Below are positions 26,431-38,875 of a stretch of 64,000 nt of DNA, piece after piece. The position numbers and the translations under genes were made by a program. The notes beneath the pieces were generated by a model. It did not search any database, was not told where the DNA came from, and saw only the letters and a program-made list of their open reading frames with translations. The stretch's first letter is position 1; each line of letters starts with the position of its first letter. Source of the stretch: Schmidtea nova (Eukaryota); contig CM097884.1 of the NCBI GenBank assembly GCA_044892505.1, positions 14,260,001 through 14,324,000 of the forward strand, given 5' to 3'.

Positions 26431-27533
26431 TAAAATATAATGTAAATATTTTAATATGATTGAAGATAAAATATCACTATATAAACTGATGAAAAAATCA
26501 GTTGAAGGGCCCAAAAAATTATAGCTTTAAAATATGATTTTAAAATCCAGAATTAAAATATGCGCAAATCGAGTTTTCAAGGCAATCTTGAAAAACTTAT
26601 TAAAACCCGGATCAGAAACATTGGATCCACAATAAAATATATAGCACGCACTACATAGCAGTCACCTAATAGGTTCAATTACAAGAATTGATTTGTCACG
26701 ACTTTTCTTTTTTAAAAAAATTGTGTAATAAAGAATTTGAGTTATTCTTAGCCAATTGTAAACGGAATAAAAAGTAATTTTATTATATTAATAAAATTTT
26801 GAAAACAAATTTTGTTTTTTGATATTTATATACGAATCACCCCAATAACAAGTTGAGATTGCATATAGCAAATATTTGGAACCTCAACATAGATATAGAA
26901 AACATAAGAAAAAATTCTTAATTGGAGTAATGGAACGGAGTGAAGATTATCAAGAATTTGGCCGTCAAATGGGTATCCGAAACATAGAGTTTAGATGACA
27001 AAATGGGTTTCTAACAGCAGGGAAAAGAGGCAGAAAACATATCAGTTTAATAAATAAAAAAAGGAACACAATCATTCTCAAATAAAAATTATAATGACTT
27101 ATTTTNNNNNNNNNNNNNNNNNNNNNNNNNNNNNNNNNNNNNNNNNNNNNNNNNNNNNNNNNNNNNNNNNNNNNNNNNNNNNNNNNNNNNNNNNNNNNNN
27201 NNNNNNNNNNNNNNNNNNNNNNNNNNNNNNNNNNNNNNNNNNNNNNNNNNNATACAATTCCAACATAAATAAAAAATATATAAATTAAAATTAACAAGAA
27301 TAATGTAAATTTATTAAAATAATAAAGGTACAATCAAATCAGTCTTAATATTTCGACTATCATAAATTAATTTAATCATAATTATTTTATATTATTCTTT
27401 TAACCAAAATGAAGGCTTTGGGAAATAATACCAATTGGAAATTATACAACTGGGAAAAAATACCAACTATAAAAAATGCCAACTGGAAAATAACAACTAT
27501 AAAAAATATATATAAAATACCAACTATAAAAAA

Positions 27534-27563
27534 TAGGGTTAGGGTTAGGGTTAAGGTTAGGGG
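27534..27563 (+). repeat. Short (TTAGGG)n-like tract
   Basis: tagggttagggttagggttaaggttagggg, preceded by repeated accaactataaaaaat units. Confidence 0.7.
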
Positions 27564-28087
27564 GTTTGGATTGATTGCGTTTAAAACGTCAAGTTATGTT
27601 GCAGAAATATGATTAATCTCGCGCTAAAGCTTTCCTCACTAGCATGGTTGGCTGCATTAAACCCTGAATTTCAGGTCTTAAACATCATTTGATATTCAAT
27701 TGTATTGCATGTATGATTATGTTCTTGTAATTGAAATAAAGATTGTTTAGTATCCAATTGTTTTATTTATCTGCTTATGTTCTTATGTACCGTTTTTTCT
27801 TATAAGCTCAATGCAAATTGTCACCAAAAATGTTATATTCTGGTCAATTCTAAATTTGTGAATTTGAATCATTAGGAAAAACTTAAATTTTATTAATGCT
27901 GGTCAATTCTAAATTTATGATTTAAAAATTGTTTATCCGGAAATTATGATTTTTTATTGGTTGTTATACTGAATCAATTTCGGATTCAGAATTTTCTAGT
28001 TTTTTTTGTATTTTAAAAATTTTTGAATAATAATAAATTTGAATGGTTTTCTTGGAATTAATTTTTTGGCCGTTTATAGAATCATAT

Positions 28088-28720
28088 ATGAGATTGGATT
28101 TTAATGCATGGGATTATGAGGTGGATTCTGATGAAGGTGATTATGCCGAGGATAATTATAACATGGAACGAAAGCGAGCTAATGATTTCCGTAATTTAAA
28201 TACGGACAAGCACAGAGAATCATGGAATACGACAATCTTGTTAATACTTTCGCGTGTCTCTGGCGGTAATCCACCTGAATATCGTCTTAAAGTCTATCTA
28301 ATTGGACATTTCCGTTTATTATTGGCAAAAGAAGATTTACTGTGATCGCTTGTTTCTCACCATCAGTTTATATCGTTTTGGATATATAGTTGTGACATTA
28401 GGTGGTTCGTTCTCAGCTTGGTGAAGAAGCCTTATCTGCAACAATTTACATTGTTTGGATGGACTCGTGTGACACTGCTAATAATAGTCACTTCGCATTT
28501 TATGAACAGTATATTCAATGGAATTATGTGGTTTTCAGTTACAGATTCTATGTAATGATATTATGGCATATATTTTTGGGTCTTTCTTCAGAATTCCGCA
28601 AATTAAATTATCCCAAAAAATATATGGGAAGGATTTATTTGTGGTGGATTTTCTACATTGGGTTTTGCTATTCTTCTCTCAAGCCTTGATCAAATATGAT
28701 TTTTTCACAATGAATTCTTC
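28088..28720 (+). pseudogene. CDS1/CDS2: Phosphatidate cytidylyltransferase (CDP-DAG synthase) pseudogene fragment
   Basis: HQFISF...WFVLSLVKKPYLQQFTLFGWTRVTLLIIVTSH...IFNGIMWF, CNDIMAYIFG.FF...IKLS, K.IWEGFICGGFST across two frameshifts and stops. Confidence 0.85.
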
Positions 28721-29067
28721 ACCCAAGAAATCCTGGCAGATCAATCACAACTGGCCTGGATCTAACATATTCAATAATTATAGTTGGTATTTTTCCACTT
28801 GGTATCAGTCTTAATCTTTCAAATATCATAAATTAATTTAATCATACTTATTTTATCCTTTTTAACCAAAATGAAGCGAGTCATTAATTGGCAATGATAG
28901 TGCTATAATATCGATTCCGTTGTCAGATATAACACGAAAATTTTGTTTTTAACAGAACGAGTGACAACAGTGCAGTCCAGTTGTAAATTAAATCAATAAT
29001 TGTATAATCAAATCCCAAAATAAAAGTGAACAAAGTAAGAATATATTTACTAAATAGACAATGAGAA

Positions 29068-30288
29068 TCAAATATTCAACAAATTATCAGTAATAGATGC
29101 CGGATTACCCGGCGTAGATGAGCCAAATCTGCGAGTGGATGATGTACTTTTATCACTTGTAGAATAAACGGAATTCGGTCGAGTATTTAAAGAACTCTTG
29201 GGAGTAGACGGGGTCATTCTAGCAAGCAATTTAATCGCTGCTGGCGACACAATGGACCTCGATGAAGTCGGTCGATTGAGATTTGATCTCACTCTATCGA
29301 GTGCCTGTTGTTTTTTATCCTTATTCTTTCTAGCTACCTTGGAAGCCATTTCATTGGCAAGCTTTTCTCTTTCAGACGGTTCCTGAATTCTAAATCTCGA
29401 CACAATAGTCGGACTATCCGGAATTTCAATTGGTGTTCCATCAATTTCTCCCCATGTGGTTTGCGGTGTCATTGTTGCTGCTGGAGTTGTGTCCATCCTG
29501 CCCAGAATTGTAAACCCCGCAACTCTCGGTGTTCCATTTGAATCGAGTTCTTTGCCATCGTGGCCGATTTTCCCGGGAACTTTGGTTTTTAATTGATTGG
29601 TTTTCGGACGATTTCTAACGATATTCAATGGGGTTTTGAAACGGGTGTTCTCATAAACAATTTCTGGCTTGGTACCAGCGAGAAAAACCCGTTCCTTTGC
29701 TGATAATTCCACACTGCCGGGATTGAAAAATACTGGATTGAATATTTTATATTGAAGCATTTTGTTGTTGTTTTTGTTTGTTGTTGTTTTCTCATTTTGT
29801 TTGTTTTTACCATCTGTTATAGCTGGTAGATTTTCTGATGCTGCCAATTCGAGAGATTCAGATTTCAAATCATTGTATTCTTTTGCTGCTTTAAACCACC
29901 AGGATAATTTATTAAGTTGTCTTTCAATAGTTTTCTTTTGTAAATCGGAATAAGAAAAATTATCTTCACTAGTAAATTTCGATAGATACTCATCCAAATG
30001 AAGATCTCTTTCGTCTTTTGCACTGGGATTTCGATATGGAAATGAATTTGTAGAAGATTTTGGTGTGGTTTCAATGTCTCTATGGCTTTCAAATACTTCG
30101 TTAATTCGGTTTAATTTCAACTGAATTTCTTTCATGAGACAAAAATCTTGAGAATCCATTGCATCATAATATTTTAATTGTAATTCCAATAATTCTGAAT
30201 CAGGGAAAAAATCTCTATTTATTATAAATTGTAAATCATCGATAAATTTATCCTCATCAACAATGCCTTTAACTTTTCCTAGAGTCAT
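29068..30288 (-). CDS. ESS2: Splicing factor ESS-2 / DGCR14 homologue, single exon, 406 aa
   Basis: DEDKFIDDLQFIINRDFFPD, LDEYLSKFTSEDN.S, NTRF, GKIGHDGKEL, MTPQTTWGEIDGTP, FRIQEPSEREKLA, SPAAIKLL. Confidence 0.93.
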   Translation of the reverse strand: MTLGKVKGIVDEDKFIDDLQFIINRDFFPDSELLELQLKYYDAMDSQDFCLMKEIQLKLNRINEVFESHRDIETTPKSSTNSFPYRNPSAKDERDLHLDEYLSKFTSEDNFSYSDLQKKTIERQLNKLSWWFKAAKEYNDLKSESLELAASENLPAITDGKNKQNEKTTTNKNNNKMLQYKIFNPVFFNPGSVELSAKERVFLAGTKPEIVYENTRFKTPLNIVRNRPKTNQLKTKVPGKIGHDGKELDSNGTPRVAGFTILGRMDTTPAATMTPQTTWGEIDGTPIEIPDSPTIVSRFRIQEPSEREKLANEMASKVARKNKDKKQQALDRVRSNLNRPTSSRSIVSPAAIKLLARMTPSTPKSSLNTRPNSVYSTSDKSTSSTRRFGSSTPGNPASITDNLLNI

Positions 30289-32331
30289 AGTTTTAAAAAA
30301 TATATATGATTAATAACTATGTAAATTAAAATGGAAAGATTAATTTTAAAATAATTTTAAAATTTTAAAATTGCAAAATTTATTATTTCAAATTGAATGA
30401 TTATCTATATTTATGTAGATTATTTAAACAATGCGTAAAACTTTAATTGAAATATTTTTAAAATATATTTAATTTTGTATTTCAAATATTTTCATATTTT
30501 AAACATTAAATCAAAAAATTAAAAAATTAAACACACTACAAACAGTAAAATAACAAAAAAACATTAATTCGATTTTTAAAAATTAAATTGTAAAATATAA
30601 AAGAAACGATTAAAATGAATAATTAAAAGAATTTAACATATTAGTAAAAGCTTTATTTAATACATTATTTTACATTAAAATTAATTAATTTAGAATTAAT
30701 ATAAATATTAACACAAAAATATTAATTTAATTTTAGAAAATATGAAGATTTTTTTTGGAAAAAATAGAAAAATTAAATCTTAACTCCAGTTTTCTCAAGA
30801 GAATCATTGTTATGCAAGGAAAAGTTTTCTATGATGGCTAGAGCACAGGATCATACCTTCGGTGGATCTATGGCAGATATTTTTACATTTTGTATATCGT
30901 GTCATTATAAGAAGATGGGTGTAGAAAAAGGGTTTTAAAATTAAAATAGTATACAGTGGGAAACGGAAGGTACAGAATAAAAATACATTTGGATTTGACG
31001 GCAATCACAATTCAATAATCAATGGAAAATATCAACTTCAATGACATTATGATTTTAATGATTCTATATGGTGATATTTTATTGTTGATCTTATTTGACT
31101 TTTGTTTTATGATGATAATTATCTATTGTATATTCATGACAATTATGTGATTAAGCTGTGACTATCTGACAATTTTTATTTTATGGGATAATTTTATTTT
31201 GTTACTGTTAATAAAATTAATTTTTGTAATAAAAATTTATCAACATGACAATTTATAATTTGACAATTTATCATTTGTGATTTTGCGAACATTTATTGAC
31301 ATTTTTATGGTGATGGACAAAATTTTATATAATTTTGAAAGAATATTTTATGTAAATTAATTTTTTAACTATTTGGAAAATGGATTATATTTTCATTTAT
31401 ATNNNNNNNNNNNNNNNNNNNNNNNNNNNNNNNNNNNNNNNNNNNNNNNNNNNNNNNNNNNNNNNNNNNNNNNNNNNNNNNNNNNNNNNNNNNNNNNNNN
31501 NNNNNNNNNNNNNNNNNNNNNNNNNNNNNNNNNNNNNNNNNNNNNNNNNNNNNNNNNATAAAATATATTTATGACCTACAAAGGTCAGCAAAATGAAATA
31601 ATATTCTAAGGTTAAAAAATAATTTTGAAAACAATTCTATTTTGAAAACAATTTCAATCAAATCAAGAAGCAAAATAACAATCATTATTGACAGATTAAG
31701 TGCCTTAAAATTTAGTATATAAACTGACTGATTTTTCAGTCAAATCACCCCAAACATCATTGCGATTAAAAATCTAATAGTTGTAATTGACTATAAAATT
31801 AAAATAGAGCATACCGTAAATCGAGCTCAGAGCAGCATTCACGCATCACATATTACAATCATAACACATTTACACACAGACAAATTTAAATTTGAAAGAA
31901 GTTGTTTGATTTTGATTTATCTTGGTAATTATCATTTTGTTATTTAAATAAAAATTTAGTACGAATCAATGTTATCTTATTTATTTATATAAGATACCAA
32001 GTTGAGACTCTGGGAACCTCAACATCATTTAATTTTCGTTTATTTTATGTTGCTATTATTTAATCATTATTTTATATATCAGGTATTTTATTACGAATAG
32101 GGAGAAGAGCGGGCTAGGAAACAGGCACAATAATGACGACATAGCCAATCAAAATTGAGAATACCCTCGGGGATGGAGTAAAAAATCTTATGATAATTAA
32201 TTTTTATTATATAATTGATGACGTATTAATAAAAGGTCAAATTTTACAAAAAATTCAATAACACTTAGAAAATTCAAAATTTTCAGACACAATTTTAACA
32301 AGATAATTATTACAGGACATAACTAACTTAA

Positions 32332-32556
32332 CCCTTTCATTACAGAGTATTTTTGAGTATTTTTTGCAGGTTTTGACAAATTTATTTATTATACAAATAT
32401 AGCAACGTATTCATTCGGTTGCAGTAATATACGCTTTTACAAGCCAAGTCACTACGTTTTACGTCTTTTAAATCAATAAAAACATCAATCGAAAATATAC
32501 GTTCATCGGACCCATGTAAACAAAAATGTATGCATACGTTTCTAGTAAAGAAAGGG
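32332..32556. mobile_element. piggyBac-type MITE (225 bp)
   Basis: TTAA on both sides; TIR CCCTTTC(A/T)TTAC, 11 of 12 matching. Confidence 0.8.
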
Positions 32557-32843
32557 TTAAATTAATAAAAAATTACATATAGGTCATAACTACCGGGCAA
32601 ACAAGTCGTAAAAAATAACATAGAAGTACTTTACTGTTTTATTTTCCTTCGCGTTATTTTATTGCGTAATGCTTTATCGTGCGTTTTTAAATTTGTTCCC
32701 TTTTGTATATATTTATTTTTTGATAAATTCAAACAAAATTTATTTTCGATTTCGCCAGCCCAACAACACTTCGAGGTCCGTTTAAATTGCATCCCGCAAT
32801 GTCATTAAATATAGATTTAACACTTAATCCATGCATTCTCATA

Positions 32844-33322
32844 CAGGTTATATGTTAATGTAAGATGTGCTCATTGCAAAATAAATAGAGATTGAAAACA
32901 TTACTGTTATGATGTTCACCAACCGAAGCAGGACAGAAATAATCAATACATCGCTGTGAAGGATGAATACTATATATCATTACAATTATTAAAAATTATT
33001 ATTATCATAATCAACATACAATTTAAAATTTAAGTTTTTACATATATTAAAATCAATTGAAACAAGCATTCGCAATCATACATACTTTTCCATAAATTGC
33101 TCAACAGATTACCCACATTTAATTCAGAGTTCAGATCACTTCTCCTAGTGTCGAGGCTTAAACGTTTGGATTTTGATCATCTGGTTCTCCTTCATAGTAT
33201 TCATCCTTCACGGCGACGTGTCGATTATTTCTGTCCGGCTTTTGTTGTTGAACATCATAACAGTAATTTTTAAATCTCTATTTACTTTGCAATGAGCACA
33301 TCTTACATTAACATATAGCCTG
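32844..33322. mobile_element. Tc1/mariner-type MITE with TIRs of about 130 bp
   Basis: TA flanks; CAGG.TATATGTTAATGTAAGATGTGCTCATTGCAAA... inverted at both ends. Confidence 0.85.
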
Positions 33323-34173
33323 TAAAAATATATATGTAAAACAATATTTATTAAAAAGGAGATTTTTAATTATTCCTGTTTTTCCATTATTAAACTAAAT
33401 TCTCCATTTAAAAAAAAATAATTTCATTATTTGAACTTTAAAAATAGTTTTAATCAAAAGAAAAATATAATTATTGATTTACACTCTGTTAAAAGGTCTC
33501 TATTTAGTAACGCAATAACATCACTTGAAAATTTGTGAGAACTAGGTATAGATGCCAAAACTTTTCTCATATATACTTATATATTTGTATTTTTGTGCAC
33601 ATCTACTTTATTTTCTATAATATTAACAGATATCATAAAAAAGTCTTTAAATAACAATAGCAGTTACATAGATCGTTTAACTACTTAAAATAAGTTTTAA
33701 TATTTTACAGCAAATTTAACGCGGAATTCGCAGTAAAATAAATATTTGGAATGANNNNNNNNNNNNNNNNNNNNNNNNNNNNNNNNNNNNNNNNNNNNNN
33801 NNNNNNNNNNNNNNNNNNNNNNNNNNNNNNNNNNNNNNNNNNNNNNNNNNNNNNNNNNNNNNNNNNNNNNNNNNNNNNNNNNNNNNNNNNNNNNNNNNNN
33901 NNNNNNNNNNNNNNAATAATGTTGAAATTCTACAATTTATTTTTATTAACGAATTCTTTTAAAAGTGATCTCGACGGGTTCAGAGCCTTTAAGTAGCTTT
34001 GTATTGCCCGAATGCAAATTTTTGTGTCAGCCTTAGTAGACGGGAATGAGCCCTCGATGACTCATCTTTTCAGATGTTAAAATACATAAAAATGTTGTTA
34101 GCTCGCAATGACTCATCAGTTTTGATTTAATCTAATTGGTCGAAATATAAGTCAAGATCATGAAAGCAAAGTA

Positions 34174-35183
34174 CACTTTGTGTCATAATTTTGCGTACGG
34201 GTTAAAGAATGTTCTTAGAGGAAATAAAATTTAAAAATATTTCTATTTAACAAAGTTTACATTTAAATAACTTTATTCGAATAAATAAATATACGACATT
34301 TATGAACAGAACAAAATGAGTTCGAATTACAAAGAAATTTTGATTTTAAAATTGCACAATTTTGCGTACGATATAATTATGTATTTTGAAAGAGTTATTA
34401 TTTTAATATTTGATCCTTTTGCCTTGATGTTCTAAAACATCACATATTCGGCTTGGCATAGAATCGTATAGATGCTTAATTGCAAGTCTTTAAGTCTCAT
34501 TGATTGTCGCAACAGCCGAAGTAATTCGAAGCAGCAGTTCCATCCTGTTACGTGGCCGATTTTCCTTGTAGACAAGGTTAGACACCATAGACCAGACATT
34601 TTCAATAATGTTTAAATCTGGACTAAAAGGTGGCCAATTTAGAAGTATCACTCCATTGTCTTCGAAGTTTTTAACGGCATCTTTTGAAACATGTATTGGA
34701 CAATTGTCTTGCTGAAAGATGAAATTTCGACCCATATTCATTTTAATTAAAGGAAAAGCAACTAAGTGCAATATATCCATGTATTTACAGGTGTTTTGTT
34801 TCCCATTCATTAACTTAAAAGTCAGCAGTCCATTGCTCATTATCATTCCTCAGATCATAATTACTGGAGCTCTAAGCACTCGTCTGACATGAAATGGGGA
34901 CTTGTTGCTGTCAATCCAACTAAAATATGAGTCGCATCCATATAGAGTAAAGCGTTTTTGATCAGAAAATACAACGTTATACCAGTCTATATTATCTTTG
35001 ATATGATCTCTGGCAGCTCTAATCCGCTTAAGCCGATATTTCTTCAATAAAGTAAATTTGGATCTGAAAGTTTTGTATTCAAATTTCAGACATTTCAATG
35101 TCCTGGAAATTGTGCTCTTTGAGACATTAAATTTAAATTCTTCGATTATAGATGACGCAGATGATTTAACGCCAACAACATTA
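34174..35183 (-). mobile_element. Tc1-like transposon, 3-prime part (split by the gypsy insertion)
   Basis: VSKSTISRTLK, VVFSDQKRF, FQQDNCPIH, WPPFSPDLNIIENVW; TA-flanked end CACTTTGTGTCATAATTTTGCG. Confidence 0.9.
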
Positions 35184-36048
35184 TGTTGGGTTATTGGTGT
35201 TAAGTCGGTAGTTTCTGACTCCGGTGTTCTCTTTCAATTACAAAATAAACAAGACCCAACACAATAACTTTCTTTATTTGTCAATTGATCACAACTCTTT
35301 TTATCACAAAAAGTTACGCCGGTTCTGCACTCTTCGCGTGAGGGTAGAACACCCAATGGGATATCTCCCTCTCTGACACGCAATAGATTAAGTATAAACT
35401 CTACTTTTGGTTTTCTTTCGACGTCTCCTTCAAATGTCTTCTAACGATTTGATTCACGTTGCCTACTTTTATTCTTCAATCGGTTGGCCTCGAAACTTTG
35501 ACTTTGACCCAATGGCAATTTCGGCACTTTGCTCTCCATTTTTATACCATCTCTGTGTTGTCATTCTGTCGGTGTAATTGGATATTATCGAAGCCGCTCG
35601 CTTGTAATCGGATCTGATTAGCTCTGCTTGGTCGTAACTGGATATTTGTCGTTTATGGTTTTTCCGGCTCCCCCCCGGGGCATTCAATTTAATTTGATAG
35701 TTTAATGGCCTCGCTGATGCCCCGGGTTTCCCACATCGCTCGGATCTCCTACAAGCTCGGGTTTCCCACTAGCTCGGGCTTCCTATAGAATAATTAATTA
35801 TTTTAATTAATTTGTATTTTCCAATTATTTCCTTCTGGGGGTCCCTTTTTATTTTTATATACCCATATTCGAATTCGTCTCGTTGTTTGGTATCCTCCCA
35901 TACCAGTTTCCCCCGCTTAAACTTTATTTTAATTTTTTATAAATTTTTAATTAATGTTTGAACATTAATTATTATTTTTTTCAATTTTATATTTTTATTG
36001 ATTTATGCATTTTTAAATTTATTTTCTGTGATTTTCACAACCCCAACA
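35184..36048 (-). repeat. 3-prime LTR
   Basis: About 3 substitutions versus 50925-51789 by eye. Confidence 0.97.
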
Positions 36049-36050
36049 TA

Positions 36051-36064
36051 TCTCCCCCTTTTTT
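36051..36064 (-). promoter_or_regulatory. Polypurine tract
   Basis: AAAAAAGGGGGAGA, 2 nt before the 3-prime LTR. Confidence 0.9.
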
Positions 36065-37973
36065 AAAGATTCGTCCTCGAATCTACATATACACATATTT
36101 TTGATCATAAATCCTGACAATGATTCTATAATAATAATAGTAATGATAATATCACGAATAATAGTAATAATAAGGATAATTATAGTAATAATTGCAATAA
36201 TACTGGTAGTAATGACAATGACCTAAGTATAATAATGATGATGATAATAGTATTAGTAGTACCACTATAACGATAATAATGGTAGTAATACTATTAATAA
36301 TAGTGATAATACTAGTATAATATTNNNNNNNNNNNNNNNNNNNNNNNNNNNNNNNNNNNNNNNNNNNNNNNNNNNNNNNNNNNNNNNNNNNNNNNNNNNN
36401 NNNNNNNNNNNNNNNNNNNNNNNNNNNNNNNNNNNNNNNNNNNNNNNNNNNNNNNNNNNNNNNNNNNNNNNNNNNNNNNNNNNNNNNNNNNNNNNNNNNN
36501 NNNNNNNNNNNNNNNNNNNNNNNNNNNNNNNNNNNNNNNNNNNNNNNNNNNNNNNNNNNNNNNNNNNNNNNNNNNNNNNNNNNNNNNNNNNNNNNNNNNN
36601 NNNNNNNNNNNNNNNNNNNNNNNNNNNNNNTTTTCAAAATAATTTGTTATTTTAATTTATTAATTTTAATTTAAACTTTAATTCTATAAATTAATTAAGG
36701 AAGGGAAATTGATATTCCAAATAAATTTTATTTTCATTGCCATCTCTTTTAAAGTGACGCTACTTTAATATAAATTATAAAAGAAATGGCCGCCTCAGCT
36801 TCTCAGATATCGCCGCCGCAATAAAAGGCGGTGAACTAGGATTTTTATCATTATTTTATTTCCAAATTTTGTAAGTAAATTTTTTTTGTTTTATTTACTT
36901 TATTAATATAAATTTTATGTTTTTCAATTTTATGTTTTCAATTGAAATTATAATATATTTTTTTATATACATATTTTTATATGTTTTTAAGTCAGATTAT
37001 TAACATGGAAAAACTGCAATGGCTTTATATTCATAACTTTGTTTTATTTATTTTTTTTTTCATCGATGCCATCTACAGGATTGTGTATATGAAAATCAGA
37101 GAATTATTGTTCCGAACAAGTGGAAAATAATACTGAAAAATGAATGCTTTTGCAAAAAGGCTATGTTGTAATCCGAAAAGACAGAGTGATTTGCAAAACA
37201 TGTTGGTAGATATTTATTTTATTTTATTTTTTTTGCATTAAATATATATGATTATAAATAAAAATAGTAATAACAATAAAATATATACTTTTTTAGATAT
37301 CGTTTTACAGGATAATGGTCTGTGTGTATAAGCATGTGTGTGAACGAATGTCGAATCGATAACATTATTCATTAGATAATTATTAATCACGAAAATTGTT
37401 TATGAAGAATTTTTTTTTCTTTTTTTTTTTTCGACTTTATAATTTTGTCATAACTATATTTGGTACTTTAAAATAATGAACCCAATTGACATTCGTTCAA
37501 ATTTAAAAATTGTGAAGTGCATGTTTTACAGAATAATCCTTTTCTTAGTATTATTTCTGTGTGTTTATCTCTATATTTGGAATACTTTATCGGACAAGCG
37601 ATAACTCATCAGAACATTTAGATTATTATGCCAACGATTTACTTTTGCCAATTGAAACAGAAATACAATAATAATAATAGAAATGACAATATTAATAACA
37701 ATAATAATGATAATAATAACAACACCAATNNNNNNNNNNNNNNNNNNNNNNNNNNNNNNNNNNNNNNNNNNNNNNNNNNNNNNNNNNNNNNNNNNNNNNN
37801 NNNNNNNNNNNNNNNNNNNNNNNNNNNNNNNNNNNNNNNNNNNNNNNNNNNNNNNNNNNNNNNNNNNTGTCCAGGAGAGTATGATCCCGGTGATTAAGGG
37901 CTGTTGGTTTTTATTTAGATTTAAAATTGTCATCATATAACAACAATGATACTAACAATAATAATAATAGTAA

Positions 37974-38004
<31 letters not shown>

Positions 38005-38875
38005 GATAATGACCCTAATACTACTAATGATAATAGAGTGATATTCTAATAATGGGATCACAATGTTGATGAATTTAATAATAATTGTCTTCGTCTTATG
38101 CTTTTATGATATTTATGATAATTTCATTTTATTATTATTTTATTCTGTTTTATTTATTTATTTTGTTTTTGCCAATGTTTGTTTTATTGATTCCATCATC
38201 CCTTTGACGATATAATACCAATAATAATCTGATTAATAACTGTAATATAATAATTGACAACTTTCAATCACTACTCAGGGAGATTGATTTAGAGTTTTTT
38301 GTTTTTATTTCGTCCTGAATTTTAATTATTGTATATAATGCTTATAAGGATCGAAATTTTCTTTTGATATCGCACTTATAGTGATCGTATAATGATAGTA
38401 ACATTAACAACAGTAATAATAATAATAATAATATTAATAATAATAATAATAATAACTGCCAACCTCTAATCGCTGTCCAGGAGAGTACACCCCCGGTGAT
38501 TAAAGGTTGTTGGTTTTTATTTAGCTTCAGAATTTTTATTTATTCAATTCTTTTTTGTGTTTTATTTATTTATTAAAATTTTTTTTTTTTTGTTGTTGTG
38601 GGGGTTTGACTGGTGGGCGCCATTTTAACGAACTGAGACAGAATTACTAAATTTATTTATAAATAATCACATATATAATTAATATATTTTTAGTTCATTT
38701 TGATTTCCAGCCGCTTTGCCCCATTTCGATATCTGATAATCGTTTCTTCTTTTTCATACACCACCCCGTTGATGGTCATTGTTTCCCCGACGTCGACGTT
38801 GGATGCTGAAGCTTTCCTTTTGCGATCCTCCTTTTGTTCTATTGGGCCATACTCCATCGATAATTGGATTCTTAT

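Noticed and set aside
27534-27563. True telomere or chromosome-fusion scar
   Set aside because: Only about 5 imperfect units embedded in a repeat element; no head-to-head array
37575-37612. Hammerhead ribozyme-like CTGATGAG + stem on the minus strand
   Set aside because: Stem II forms but the required GAAA core does not follow
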